A DNA stretch of 64,000 nucleotides, from assembly GCF_963921235.1 (NCBI RefSeq), contig NC_086108.1:111106001-111170000 (forward strand), written 5' to 3'. The stretch's first letter is position 1. Each line of letters starts with the position of its first letter. The stretch comes from Mobula hypostoma. Its lineage: Eukaryota. The notes beneath the pieces were generated by a model. That model saw only the letters and a program-made list of their open reading frames with translations. It had not been told where the DNA came from and did not search any database. Below are positions 1-13,334 of this stretch, piece after piece. The translations under genes and the position numbers were made by a program.

Positions 1-534
1 TGACATATATGTACTTAGATAATAATTTTACTTTGAACCTTGAAGTCTTCTCATTACTACCATCAGGGATGGTATTGTATTTATTTATTTTTAATATATT
101 CTTGTTGTAATATATTGTATTTTTAATGTTTTATCCATATGCCAGTGATATTAAACCTGATTCTGACTCTGATCTTGGGCTCCATATCCACAGCCTCCTG
201 AATGTGTCACAGTGAGCACTGGCAATGACTGATCCCAGGTGCGGAGGAACGACAATCTCCCATGTAGAGACGGAAACGAGTTTATTCATAGGAATTCAAA
301 CAGAACTCCAGTGGCTTGACTGAGCAACACTGTGAGAGGAATCATTCTCAAAGCACAAAGACCCCGTGATAAGTGCTAATCAGGAGTCCATTTTAAATAA
401 TCACAGTGCGCAGAAAATCCATGCCAGTCAAAATAAACTTGACAAGATTAAACAGAAACCATAAGGGCTGGATAAGATAACAATTAACAACCAGCCCCAC
501 AGGGCTCATGACAGATTGGGTCTGAAAATTTATT

Positions 535-780
535 GCTGACAGTCAGCAGGCTGGTAAAGAAGGCATATCATACTTGTCTTCATCATTCAGGGCCATTGAG
601 TATAAGACTAAGGTAATAATATTACAACTGAATAAAACTTTGGTTAGGCCACAGTTGGAATATTGTGTGCAGTTCTGGTCCCCCTCCCATTACTGGAAGG
701 ACGTGGAGGCTTTGGAGAGGGTGCAGAAGAGATTCACTAAGATGTTGCCTGGATTAGAGGAAATGAACTACAAGCACAAG
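535..780 (+). mobile_element. CR1 ORF2 C-terminal fragment (similar relics at ~25560-26010, 27020-27690, 40870-41260, 61280-61780)
   Basis: LVRPQLEYCVQFWSP...LERVQKRFTKMLPGL. Confidence 0.85.
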
Positions 781-1699
781 AGATTGTTCAGAAGTCGGAA
801 ATCCAGAGTAACACAATGGAGGAACTCAGGAGTCAGACGTCCATGAAGAGGAATAAAGGGTCAACATTTCGAGCCAAGACCCTTCGGCAGGACTGGAAAG
901 GAAGGGGGAGAAGCCAGGATTAGAATGTAGGGGGTTGGACAAACGAAAGTTGTTTTACCTGCGCGGAGACCTGAGAGAAGTTTATAACGTTATGACAGTC
1001 CTTTTCCCAGGGTGGATATGTCAAATACTGGAGAGCATGGCTTTAAAGCGGGGAAAAGGGAATGCTATCGAGCATTGATTTGAACAGAGAGGGGTGGATG
1101 CTTGGACCGTGCTGCCAGCTGGGCTGATGAAGCCAGATATAACAGCAACATTCTCAGAGTCATTCAGACAGACTTATAACAAAGACAGAGAAGCCAGGAG
1201 AAACATCATTTTAGGCATGGAGACGCCACGCCTCCGCTCAAAGAAAATTCAGCAACACCATGATCACAGATGACAGGGAGGAGGCTACATAGTATTGACG
1301 CCAGGACCACCAGACTAGAAAAAACAGTTACTTTCCCCAAGCAGTAAGGCGCATCAATATCCCCACCCACTAACCCACCCCCCACACCCCCGACCACCAC
1401 TATCAGCCAGTCACCCCTGTGCCTACTGTCACTCCATGGACCTACGATCAATCTATGTATATACGCTATCATATGTATTTATATTTATTGTGTTTTATTA
1501 TTATTACGCTATTCACCTTAGTGTGTGTCTCTGTGGTGCTGCATCGGATGCTGAGTAACAATGATTTCATTCTTTACACTTGTGCACTGGAAATGACATT
1601 AAACAATATCGAACTAACCGGTGTCAGAACTCGGTTTTTCACTGTACCCGCACCTCATCCTTAGTGCTCATGACGAACAAATTCTGACTTCATTGGCTT

Positions 1700-2010
1700 C
1701 CCGCACTGATGCAAGTTCGCGAGGGCGAGCCTTTTAATTCTGTTCCCGGCGCACATTTCCTCAAATGCGAGAACTCACCCTGTCTCGCCTTGGCACTGCG
1801 CCAGAGCACTTGTCTCCAGAGATCTCGCAGCACGGCCGTCGCGCTTCCCGCAGCCCTCGACCCGACCCAAGGTGAGCGGGAGAAGGAAGGAACTGCCCCG
1901 TCTCCAGGTGAGAAGTTCCCCTCACTTCACTTTGACCCTCAGTTGCTTCGCCCAGCGGGATCCGTAGCGTCCGCGCCTCTCAGCGAAGTGTCCTGGGAAT
2001 TGCGAGTAAA
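1700..2010 (+). promoter_or_regulatory. CpG-rich non-repeat island; candidate promoter / non-coding first exon of the LPAR3-like gene
   Basis: Many CpGs relative to the CpG-poor flanks. Candidate donors aag|gtgagc (GT at 1872) and cag|gtgaga (GT at 1908). The first coding exon has a splice acceptor only 14 nt upstream of its ATG, which implies an upstream exon. Confidence 0.45.
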
Positions 2011-3539
2011 CCAAAGTCTTGTAAGTTGCAACGTCCCAACTGTAACTTCAACCTTGTATCTTGTACTCCCTCCTCTCCCCACTTTCTTATTCTGGCTCCC
2101 CCCGCCCCCCACCCCACCATCCTTTCCAGTCCTGGTGAAGGGTCTCGGCTAGGAACGCCGACTGTTTATTCATTTCCATAGATGCCGTCCGACCTGCTGA
2201 GTTCTTCCAGCATTTTGAGTGTGTTGCTCTGGATTTCCGGCATTAGCAGAATACCTTCAGTTTGTAACAATCACCTGATATGTAGTGATTCTTTGGACAG
2301 GAATCGTATCGTGTTTCTCCGCGGCAGGTGAGATTTATCCGGACTGTTCTGATAGTATTATCCATAGCTTCACAGCTGAGCCGGCTGAGGTCACTGTGAG
2401 TCCTATTCTGGGGCGAAGCAGAGAGGGTAGCAGGCAACTGATGCACAGCACAATCCCAGAGACATCTCGGGTCAAAGCAGAGAGGGGGTGAGCGGCGGGG
2501 GTGTGTGGGGTGTGGGAGAACAACGTTGCCTATCTTGGGCAACGTACTGGGAACACTCTATCTTGAGAAGTATTTGAAGATTAACTTGTCAGGTATAACA
2601 CGCAATGAAATGTGTCTTTTGTGTCAACGACTAACACAGTGGGAGGATGTGCTGGGAACGGCCTGCAAGTGTTGCCTTGCTTCCTGCATCCAGATGGCAC
2701 GCCCACAACTTACTGACCCTAACCCGTATGTCTTTGAAATGTGTGGGGAGACTAGAACAGCTGGAGAAAATCCACACAGTCAGGGGCAGAATGTACAGAC
2801 TCCTTACAGACGGCAGCGGGAAGTGAACCTGGGTCATTAGAGCTGTAAAGGGCTACGCTAACCAGCACACTATCATGCTGCCTTCCAATGTCCCTCAGGA
2901 GGAAGGGAGCTCAGGTCGTCCAATTCACACCAGGGGTGCAGATGCTGGCATCTGGAGCACCTCACCATCCGCTGAAGGAACTCGGTGGGTCGAGCAGCAT
3001 TTGTGTGTGTGTGGGGGAGAGATTAATCTCAAATCAATGTGGACAATGACTCTCCCCCATGAATGCTACCAGAGTTTTCACAGCAGATTGCTTTCTGTCG
3101 CTGTCGAGAAACTACAGAGTGTTATGGACACAGCTCAGTGCATTGTGGAAACCACGGACTCTGTCTACACCTTTCACTGCCTCGGTAAAACAGCCAGCAT
3201 AATCAAAGACATCCCGCCCACCCCAGACAGTCTCCCTTCCCCACCCCCCCACCAGGCAGAAGATACAAAAACCTGAAAGCACACAACGCGACAAGGCCCA
3301 ATAGTAGCCACCGCCCCTCTACTGTAAGGTTATTAAATAGTTCCCTGCAGAGCAGATGGACTCCTGGCCTCACAATCTACCTTATCACGTTCTTGGACCT
3401 TCTTGTTCCTGCACTGCCCTTTCTCTGTAGGTCCAACACTTTATTCTGCTCTCTGTTGTTATTTTACATGGTTCTACCTCAGTCCTCTATGTGTATGAAC
3501 AGTAGGCAAGACAAGATTTCCTCTCCTGCCACAATGGGG

Positions 3540-4010
3540 TCACTCTCAGGTGGAGGATCAAAACCGAATATTTCTTCTTCTTAGCTTCCACCCTGACGGC
3601 ATGAACAACAATTTCTCCAGCTTTCAGTTCTCCAACCCCCTTCCTCTTCCCTCTTCTTCCATTCCCCACCCTGACCTCTTATCACTTTTCCTCACCTGCC
3701 TATAATCTCCTCCTGGGTCCCCTCCTCCTTTCTTTCTCTCATGGTCCACTCTCCCCTCATATCAGATTCCTTCTTCTCCAGCGTTTCGCTTTTTCCACCC
3801 ATCACCCCCCAGCTTTTTACTTCACCCTTCTTCCCTTATCTTCTTATTCTGGCAACTTCCCTCCTTCCTTTCCAGACCTGATGAAGGATCTTGACATGAA
3901 AAGTCGACTGTTTATGCATTTCTGTAGATGCTTCCTGACCTGCTGATTTTGTCCAGCATTTTGCGCATCTTCTGCTGGATTTCCAGCGTCTGCAGAATCT
4001 CTTGTGTTTA
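3540..4010 (+). mobile_element. Degraded Penelope-like 3' end
   Basis: cactctcaggtggagga...cctgacggcatgaac, pyrimidine tract, decayed ctgatgaagg...gaaaagtcgactg and ttccagcgtctgcagaatc tail, homologous to 34.2-34.66 kb. Confidence 0.7.
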
Positions 4011-5636
4011 TGATTTACAACACCTTGTGACCCTGCTGGTGCCAAGGCAGCTGCTGGAGAAAGGTGAATGGTCACAGCTTTTCCCCAAGGGTGAAGGTAA
4101 GAGGGGACCTGAGGGACATCTTTTTCACAGAGTGTGGTATCTATGTGGAATGACCTGAAAGATTATACATGAGCTGAAAGAGATACATTAATAACACTTA
4201 AAAAACCTTTGGATAAGTACACAAATAAGACAGGTTTAGAGGGATATGGGCAAAATGTGGTCAAATGGCTTTGTTGGATGTCTGAGTCAAAGTCAAAGTA
4301 AATTTATTATCAAAGTACATATATATCACCATGAGATTCATTTTCTTGCAGGCATTTATAGGAAGATTAAAAACCACAATAGAATTTATGAAAAACTATA
4401 CATAAACTATACATTTTTACTCAGAGAGTGGTTGGTGTGTGGAATGCACTGCCTGAGTCAGTGGTGGAGGCAGATACACTAGTGAAGTTTAAGTGACTAC
4501 TAGACAGGTATATGGAGGAATTTAAGGTGGGGGGGGGTTTATGGGAGGCAGAGTTTGAGGGTCGGCACAACATTGTGGGCTGAAGGGCCTGTACTGTGCT
4601 GTACTATTCTATGTTCTATGTAAATAAACACCAACAGTCAATGTGCAAAGACAAATTGTGCAAATACGAAAATAAAGCAATAAAAAACATGAGTTGTAGC
4701 ATCCTCGAGAGTGAGTTTATAGGTTGTGGAAGTAGCTCAGAGTTGGGGTGAGTGAAGTTATCCACACTGGTTCAGGAGCCTGGTGGCTGAGGGGTTATAA
4801 CTGTTCCTGAACCTGGCTGTGTGGGACCTAAGGCTCCTGTACCTCCTGCCGGAATAGTAGTAGTGAGAAGAGAGCATGGTCTGGATGGTGGGGTTCTGTC
4901 ATGAGGGCTGCTGCTTTTCTTAGAGTCATGGAGCTATAGAAAAGTGCAGCACAGAAGCAGGCCCTTCAGCCCATCTAGCCCCTTGCTGAGCCATTTAAAC
5001 AGCCTACTGCCATAGACCAGCACCCACAACATTGAACTTTGAGCTTGCATGCACCACTTGCGCTGGCAGCACGTTTCACCTTCTGAATGAAGAACTTTCC
5101 CTTCATGTTCCCCTTAAACCTTTCACCTTTCACCCTTAACCGATGACCTCAGTGAAATCCCACACAACCTCTGTGGAAACAGCCTACTTGCATTTACCCT
5201 ATCTATATCCATCAAAATTCTGAATACCGCTGTCACATCTGCTCTCATTCTGAGGAGTAAAGTCCTAGCTCGTGGCAGCATACTTTATAGAGGTGCTCAA
5301 TGGTGGGGAGGGCTTTTCCTGTGATGGGCTGGACTGCATCCACCATATCTGTAGTCTTTTCCATTCCTTGGCAAGGAAAGGGGCTGTTTTGCTGTCGTTG
5401 ATGATGCTCGTGCTGTTCTGCTGAACACGGAGGGCCTGCTATGCAATGGTTGGTGCGGGCTGCCTCCAGCACATACTTGAGTTGTGTTGGGTGTTAAGGC
5501 AGATGACGCATTTCACTATGTTTCAATGTGCACGTGATCAATAAATGAATCTGAATCTGATCGGCCCTTTGAATGAAGAATTCTAATCTCCCACCCAGGA
5601 TCTGATGTTTGTATAAGGGCAGTAAACGAGAGGGGG

Positions 5637-5645
<9 letters not shown>

Positions 5646-5684
<39 letters not shown>
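5646..5684 (+). repeat. (CA)n microsatellite
   Basis: Direct inspection. Confidence 0.95.
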
Positions 5685-5686
<2 letters not shown>

Positions 5687-7603
5687 CTCCCAGGACGGAC
5701 CACCACCAGGCCTCCAACTGGACTTTCCTGACCTCTGGGTACTGACCCCAGGACTCGCTGATTACAGGCTTGACCTTTGCGCCTCAACTTTCGGACTTGC
5801 ACGGACCTCTGACCCTGGTGGGTGGCTTTACAATTCCTTCGGACCTCTACCTCGGCACTCACTAACTCCGGCATTCGAACTTCAGGCCTCTCTCTCTGAA
5901 CTCACCGAGCTTTGGAACTCCGATCTTCGGCTTGGCCCTTTGGACTTCACTGACATCTAGATTTTGACCCTAGGACCGCCAGTCGCAAGTTTCACCATCA
6001 GACCTTGACTCTGGGACTTCCCCGCTGGTCTAGCACTTTGTCCATTCCCTGTGGCAACCAGGGAATCACTTTTAAAGAAAAGTTCTTTTGTCAGTTAATA
6101 TGTGGACTGTATTTTTCTCAACGTCACTGCGTGAGTCTGCGTAGTCTTTGGATTGTTTACCTTTCATGTCTAATTGATCGTCTTTGCGCTCGCTCTGAGT
6201 TTTCACTTTGTTTTGTAGGTGTCTCATTGGGGATCGTGGGGATTGTTAAACTCTTTATTCTTATCAATTTTATTCAATCTGGGATAATTTAATGAGCATG
6301 GTAATGACATTGACATTGAATTCCTACGTGCTCCAGATTGTATTTCGGGGGGCATGCCAACCTCTCTTTGTTGGGTCGTTGTGGTTCTCAGACTGAGATC
6401 TTCTGTGTATCGTCAGTGATTTCTGTTCATCAAGATTCTGTACAGTTTGCCTGAGCTCATATTAGTTTTTTTTTAGTTAATATATGTCACAAATCTTTGG
6501 CTTTGTTTGAACTGCCGAAGTCTCTGTGATTCCTGCACTTGAGTTCACTAAGCGATCGTTACATTCCCCTGCCCCAGTGCAAATTGGAGAACTGCCCCAA
6601 ATCACCCCCGAACCTGCTACCCACTTCTGCTGGCCTGATACTTTTTCAATGTTCAATGTTGTCATAAGCTGATTAAAATTATAGATGGGAAAACAACACT
6701 TCATTGGGTCCCAGGGGGTATACTTCAAGTGGGAAAGTACAGTTACAATAGACCGACATTTCACGTGGGAAAATATAAATTCCAGGAACCCTGTTACCTT
6801 TGACGTACACCTGTTTCATACTGAGTGTTTGTTAGGATAGCCTGAGTTAATTGCTTTATTGTTATAGATGAAATGCTATTGTATAATAAACTTGTCCTTG
6901 CACAATAATGAATTTTTGAATAGAGCAATCCTCTGTTTATACATTGAAGTGTTGTAATGATTTTCAACCGGTTGGCATTTATGCAATCACAAAGAAGACA
7001 TGCCAGGGGCTATGCTTCATTTGGAGTTTGAGGAGAATTGGAATGTCACCAAAGACTCTCACAAATTTCTACCAATGTACCATGGAGAGCATTCCAGCTG
7101 GTTGGATCGACATCTGGTATGGCGGCTCCAATGCAGGGGATCAAAAAAAGCTGCAGAGGATTGTAGACCCAGCTTGCTTCATCATAGACACCAGACACTA
7201 GTGTCTTGCTTCACCATAAGCACAAACCTCCCTCGCATCCAGGACATTTTTAAAAGCTGGTGCTTCCCCTCACCCCAACTTCTTATGCTGGTTTCCTCCC
7301 CCTTCCTTTCTAGTCCTGATATAGGGTCTCAGCCCAAAAAGTTGACTGTTTATTCCTTTCCATTGATGCTGCCTGACCTGCTGAGTTCCTCCAGCATTTT
7401 GTGTGTGTTACACTAAGAAATAACGTCCATTTTTGTGCAATGTGGTCAAATTGATCGTAGTGTTGCTAAATGGTAGTGATTAGGGTTGTGGCGGTTGGTT
7501 CAAGAACCAAATGGTTGAAGGGAAGTCACTGTTCTTGATCCTGGTGGTGTGGGACTTCAGGCTTCCGTACCTCCTGCCCGAAGGCAACTGTGAGAAGATG
7601 GCA

Positions 7604-7779
7604 AACACGAGGAATTCTGCAGATGCTGGAAATTCAAGCAACACACATCAAAGTTGCTGTTCACTAGCTCTTCCTTCAGTTAGTCCTGACGAAGGGTCTC
7701 GGCCCGAAACATCGACTGTACCTCTTCCTAGAGATGCTCCCTGGCCTGCTGCGTTCACCAGCAACTTTGATGTGTGTTG
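7604..7779. mobile_element. Mini Penelope-like insertion (inverted terminal arms only), 16-bp TSD
   Basis: Same terminal sequences as the 32.7 kb element; TSD ctgtgagaagatggca at 7588-7603 and 7780-7795. Confidence 0.88.
7677..7718 (+). ncRNA. Minimal hammerhead ribozyme motif
   Basis: cagttagtcCTGACGAagggtctcggcccGAAAcATCgactg; intact core, stem III palindrome altered. Confidence 0.65.
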
Positions 7780-10234
7780 CTGTGAGAAGATGGCATAGCC
7801 CGGATAGTAGGGATCGTTGATGACAAACATCACTTTTTTGAGGTTGTGGATGTTGTATTACCAATAGTGGAGATGGATGCGCTGCTGGTGTATTGAGAGA
7901 AACTACTCTCTGCAGTTTCTGTCGTTCCTGCACATTCGAATTGTCACACCAGACCGCGATGCAACCAGTCAGGATACTTTCAATGTTACATCTGTAGAAG
8001 TTTGTTAGTGTGCTTGGGGGCAATCTGAACCTCCATAACCTCCTAAGGAAGTAAAATCGCTGGTGCACCTTCCTTGTGCTTGGATCTGTGCCAGACCAGG
8101 ACCGGTAATCTGGTATGTTAACACCCAGGGATTTAAAGCTGCTGACCCTTTCCACCGCCGATTTCCCCCAGCATTGACCAACATAAGTTCGCCCACCTTG
8201 CCCTTTGCTGAAATCAATAATCATTACAAACATCTCTTTAGTTTTGCTAATATTGAGCGAGAGGTTGTTGTGGCGACATTGCTCAACCAGGCAGCCTATC
8301 TCACTCCGGTAAGCAGCATCACCGCTGGTGATTTGACCAGCAACAGTAGTGAGATCAGTGAATTTTTATATGACATTGTGACTGTGCTTGGCTATGTGTT
8401 TGTATAGGGAGTAGAGCAGGACTCTAAGCACACAACCTTGAGGTGTACCTGTGTTGCTAGACAGCAAGGAGGAAATGTTATTACCTATTCTCACTGCCAC
8501 TATGATAATGGCATTTAAGAGCTTGCACACAGACTCATGAACACGTAGAGAATGAAGTGAGATAAATCACGAGCACTAGCCTTGCAGTATCCGGGAAATC
8601 TTCAAGGGGCGATGCCTCAGATAGGCAGGGTCCATCACGAAGGACCTCCATCACCCACGGCATGCCTTGTCTCATTGTTAACATCAGGAAGGAGGTACAG
8701 AAGCCTGAAGACACGCACTCAGCGATTCAGTAACGGCTTCTTCCCATTAGATTTCTGAATGGACATTGAACACATCAACACTACCTGACTACTTTTTTAT
8801 TTCTATTTTTACAATGCTTATTTAAGTATTTAATTTACGTATATATACTTGCTATAACTCTCAGTTTTTTCTCTACTATTATGCATTGTTCTGCACTGTT
8901 GCCACAAAGTCACACATTTCATGACATATGCCGGTGATATTAAACCCAACATAATATTATCGTACTTTCCTAGTAGCATCTTATCATACTAGGAAACCAT
9001 TCAATATCCTTATGACAGCAGGGCAGAAGCTGTCTTTGAGTCTGGTAGCATGTTGCCATGCATACCATGAGGCTGTTTATCATAAGTGGGGTATGATAAC
9101 AGCCTCCACCATCATGGACCCCCACCACCCAGGACAGAATTGATTTATTTTAATTTAGCAACATGCTCAGCACAGACATTGTGGGACGAAGGGCCTGACC
9201 TGAACCTCTGAAGTTCTTTGATGTTCTATAGTATAAGTTCAATGTGGGTATTGCATCCAAGACTGTTCTGCACGTGACACCATGAGTTAGTTTGTATACG
9301 AGTACTATTAAGTAATCTTGTTGAAAACCACTGTGTCAGGGATTTCCTGTTGACTGTATTGGGGAACTTTATCAGATCCTCTCTGCAGGTGATGTCAAAG
9401 TTCAAAGTTCAAAATTTCAAATTAATTTATTATCAAAATACGTATATGTCATCATATACAACCCTGAGATTATTTTTCTTGCAGGCATACTCAACAATTC
9501 TATAGAATATTAACTATAATAGAATCAGTGAAAGACAGGCATTCAGCCAATGTGCAGAAGACAACAAACTGAGCCAAAACACAAAGAAGAAACAATAATA
9601 ATAAATAAATAAGTAAACATTGAGGACATGAGATGACAAGTCCTTGAAAATGAATCTTTTGGTTGTGGGAACATTTGAGTGATGGAATGAGGTAAGTTGA
9701 GTGAGCCTGATGGTTGATGGTTCCTGAACCTGGTGGTGAGGCTCCTGTATCTCCTTCCTGGTAGCAGCAGTGAGAAGAGAGTCTGATCTGGGTGGTGGGG
9801 GTCCTTAATGCTGGACGCTGCTTTCATACCCCACTTATGATAAACGGTCTGATGGTATGCATGGCAATGCGCCACCAGCTTCTGCCCTGCTGTCGTAAGG
9901 ATATTGAATGGTTTCCTAGTATGATAAGATGGATGCCTGACCTCACAATCTACGTGACTATGCACCTCATTGTCTCCCTGCACTGCACTTTCTCTGTAAC
10001 TGTAACACTTTGTTCTGCATTGTTGTTGATTTGCTTCAATGCACTGTGTAATGATCTGACCTGTATCATCAGTGTGCAAGACAAGTATTTCACTGTGTCT
10101 CAGTACCTGTGCAATAATAAACCAGTTCCAATTTAATTTCAACAGCAGCCATTGAGATGTTCCCGCAATCCATGATCTCACTTGTTACTTCATGATCTCG
10201 TTATTTATTGTTTATTTATATTTGCACTTGAATG

Positions 10235-10470
10235 GTGTTGGGCACGTGGCCAAGTGGTTAAGGCGTTCGTCTAGTTATCTCAAGGTCTCTAGTTCGAGCC
10301 TCAGCTGTGGCAGCGTGTTTGTGCCCTTGAGCAAGGCACTTAATCACACATTGCTCTGGTCTGTGCGAGGAGTGGCGCCCCACACAGACTTCCAATCTGC
10401 GCCTTGTAAGGCATGAAAATGCCCGACGCAGACCTCTCATGGTCTGAGTCGACGTTCCCTCCCTCCCCCC
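10235..10470 (+). mobile_element. tRNA-derived SINE with CORE-like segment
   Basis: A box tggccaagtgg, B box gttcgagcc, followed by gtgcccttgagcaaggcacttaa. Confidence 0.8.
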
Positions 10471-10632
10471 TGAACGGTTGGTTGTCTTCTGCACTCTGGT
10501 TGATCTTTCATTGACCTTGTTGTAGTTACTATTCTATAGATTTATTGAGTATTCTTGCTGGAATATGAATCTCAGGGTCATATGTGGTGACATATATGGC
10601 CTTTGATAATAAAAACTTGACTATGAACTTGA

Positions 10633-11265
10633 AAGGCCATTCTGCAGTTGTACAGGGCCCTGGTGAGACCACACCTGGAGTATTGTGTGCAGTTTTGTTC
10701 TCCAAATTTGAGGAAGGATATTGAGGGGGTGCAGCGTAGGTTCATGAGGTTAATTCCCGGGATGGCGGGACTGTCATATGTTGAAAGATTGGAGTGTCTG
10801 GGCTTGTATACACTGGAATTTAGAAGGATGAGAGGGGATCTGATTGAAACATATAAGATTATTAAGGGATCGGACACGCTAGAGGCAGGAAACATGTTCC
10901 CGATGTTGGGGAATCCAGAACCAGAGGCCACAGTTTCAGAATAAGGAGTTCGCATTAGGTTTAGGGTTAGGGTGAGGGTTAACCCTAACCCTAAACCACT
11001 TAAAACGGAGTTGAGGAAAAACTTTTTCACCCAGAGAATTATGGATCTGTGGAATGCTCTGCCTCAGAAGGCAGTGGAGGCCATTTCTCTGGATGCTTTC
11101 AGTAAAGAGTTAGATAGAGCTCTTAAAGATAGTGGAGTCAAGGGATTTGGGGAGAAGGCAGGAACAGGGTACTGATTGTGGATGATCAGCCATGATCACA
11201 GTGAATGGCGGTGCTGGCTCGAAGGGCTGAATGGCCTACTCCTGCACCTATTGTCTATTGTCTGT
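10633..11265 (+). mobile_element. CR1-clade LINE 3' fragment with a telomere-like insertion
   Basis: YRALVRPHLEYCVQF...; RKNFFTQR; ctattgt tail. Confidence 0.9.
10955..10997. repeat. Short inverted telomere-like repeat (TTAGGG)n-(CCCTAA)n
   Basis: ttaggt ttaggg ttaggg tgaggg tt aa ccctaa ccctaa acc. Confidence 0.8.
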
Positions 11266-12598
11266 TGAAACTTTGAGCCTCATTAAGTAGTCAATCTGGA
11301 CCTTACACCAAACACGATCTGTGTTCCTCCATTCCCTGCATAATCATGCTTTGTGATGTAAGTACAACAATTTAATGTAATGGGGATCGCACGAAATTGG
11401 TTCCTTATACCAGTTTCTTCCAGCTCCTTAAGATTGTCATAGTGGGGAGGGTGGGGGGGTTGGGGTATTGGGGAGGGGTTATTGGGATAAGCTCTCACTA
11501 CCTATTAAATGCTCCCAATAGCGTGTGTCTCAAATAGCCTCCGACAATCAAGTCCAGCTCCTGGCCTTCACGTGTGGTTTAATTACTAAGCCCGGCAGAA
11601 CTGTTTCCACTGACAGGAGAAGGGAGAAAAGGCGGGTTACTGTCGCCTTAAAGACAATCAGTTCAGGTAGATGGGGCTCGTCAGATGTGGTTGCAGCTCA
11701 TCTAGGAGAAGGAAAGCTCTGAACTCAAACCTCCACTGCCTTGTGGCTATACCCACTCACGGGGAAGGCTTCTGGAGCTGGAGTACCTAGGACAATCTCA
11801 TGTTGAGTTCCATGTTGACTGGCAATTCCTGCGATGCCACTGGTTCACCGGTGCCAAACTGTATCAGTCTCTGCCGATTGTTTGGGTGGAGAGGGGGAGC
11901 CTGCTGCACGGGTAACCGTTCGCTCTCCGTATTGCACTGCCCCGGCTGGCGTGACTTCGACGTAAACAGGGGGGATGCAGCACCCGTGGTTGACCCCGTC
12001 CGATGGAAGGTCATTGTCCAGTTTCTCCCACAAAGTTCTTACTGGCTGCATCACCGGCTGGCATGGGGGGTGTGGGATGGCTACTGCACAGGATCGAAGG
12101 AAGCTGCAGAGAGTTGTAAACTTAGTCAGCTCCATCATAGTCATTAGCCTCCACAGCATCCAGGACATTATCCATAGGTGATGCCTCAAAATGGCGGCAC
12201 CCATGATTAAGGACCACCCCATCACCCAGCTCATGCCCTCTTCTTATTGCTGCCATCTGGAAGGCAGTACTGAAGTGTGAAGGCACGCTCCCAACATTTC
12301 GGGAACAGCTTCTTCCTCTCTGCCATTCAATTTCTGAATGGACATTAAACCCATGAACTATTTTTTAATTTCTATTTTTGCACTACTTATTTAATTTAAC
12401 TATTTAATATATAGACTTCATGTAATTCACAGTTTTTTTTCTATTATCATGTATTGCGTTGTACTGCTGCTGCAAAGTTAAATTTCACCACACACGCCAG
12501 CGATGTTAAACCTGATTCTGATTCTGAAAATCTTTCAGAAGTTGTGGAAAGATTTTTAACCTATTTGCAAATCTTTCTTTACAGGTTCGCACAGAAGG

Positions 12599-13334
12599 AT
12601 GTCCAACTGTTACTATAACGAACCCATGAAGTTCTTCTATCATCTCAACCAGAATGATTCTCTCAAGAACAACTCGGACACAACCTATTACGTTGGGTTA
12701 GGAATCGGTGGCATTTGCATCCTGTTCATTTTCCTGTTCAATGTGATCATCATCTTGGTGATCCTGCTGAACAAGCAGTTCCACTTCCCCTACTACTACC
12801 TGCTCGCCAACCTGGCGGCGGCTGACATCTTCGCCAGCCTGGCCTACACCTTCCTCTTGCTGCACACCGGGAAGCTGGCCCGGATGTTGTCCGTGCAGAT
12901 GTACTTCTTGCGACAGGCGCTGCTGGACGTCAGCATGAGCGCGTCCATCTACAACCTGCTGGTCATAGCGATCGAGCGCTACTACTCGGTCATAAAGATG
13001 CAACTGCACAGCACGCTATCCAAACGCCGCGTCTTCTGCCTCATCCTGGGCATCTGGGCCATGGCCGTCGTCATGACCACTATTCCCAACATGGGTTGGA
13101 ACTGCATCTGCAACATCAGAACCTGCTCTGCGCTGGTGCCCATCTACAGCCGCAGCTTCCTAATCTTCTGGTCTCTGCTTAATCTCCTCACGCTCTGCAT
13201 CACCACCGTCATGTATTTGCGCATCTACCTTTACGTAAGGAAGAAAACCTCGAAGATATCGTCCCACACCACCGGTTCCATCAAACGCAGGAAAATGCCG
13301 ATGCGGCTGGTGAAGACCATCATAACCGTGCTTG
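12599..13334 (+). CDS. LPAR3: LPAR3-like lysophosphatidic acid receptor (EDG-family class A GPCR), coding exon 1 (N-terminus to mid-TM6)
   Basis: Translation MSNCYYNEPMKFFY...FHFPYYYLLANLAAAD...FLRQALLD...NLLVIAIERY...GWNCICNI..CSALVPIYSRS...KTIITVLG matches LPA3/EDG7 motifs. Acceptor tttctttacag at 12584 precedes the ATG; donor G|gtaagt at 13334/13335 (phase 1). Orthologue versus paralogue is unresolved. Confidence 0.92.

Larger units (their letters stand above)
7450..8480 (-). mobile_element. Rex1/Babar-type LINE fragment, host of the mini Penelope insertion (similar relics at ~6980-7260, 12030-12520, 15340-15860, 23040-23400, 31730-32260, 39720-40030, 41950-42480, 59395-59750, 60120-60300, 62970-63370)
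   Basis: ERVSSFKSLGVNI; QRFYFLRRLWRFRLPPSTLTNFYRCNIESILTGCIAVWC; recurrent HPGHALFSLLPSGRRYRS motif in the other copies. Confidence 0.75.

Noticed and set aside
1709..2152. 147-aa ORF in the CpG island
   Set aside because: No recognisable domain; it runs into a Penelope-derived tail, and GC-rich DNA yields chance ORFs.
10240..10312. Possible tRNA gene
   Set aside because: The A/B boxes continue into a SINE body and recur at 27.5 kb with a TSD; it is a SINE head.
10955..10997. Ancestral chromosome fusion site
   Set aside because: Only ~43 bp, and the CR1 fragment is colinear on both sides.
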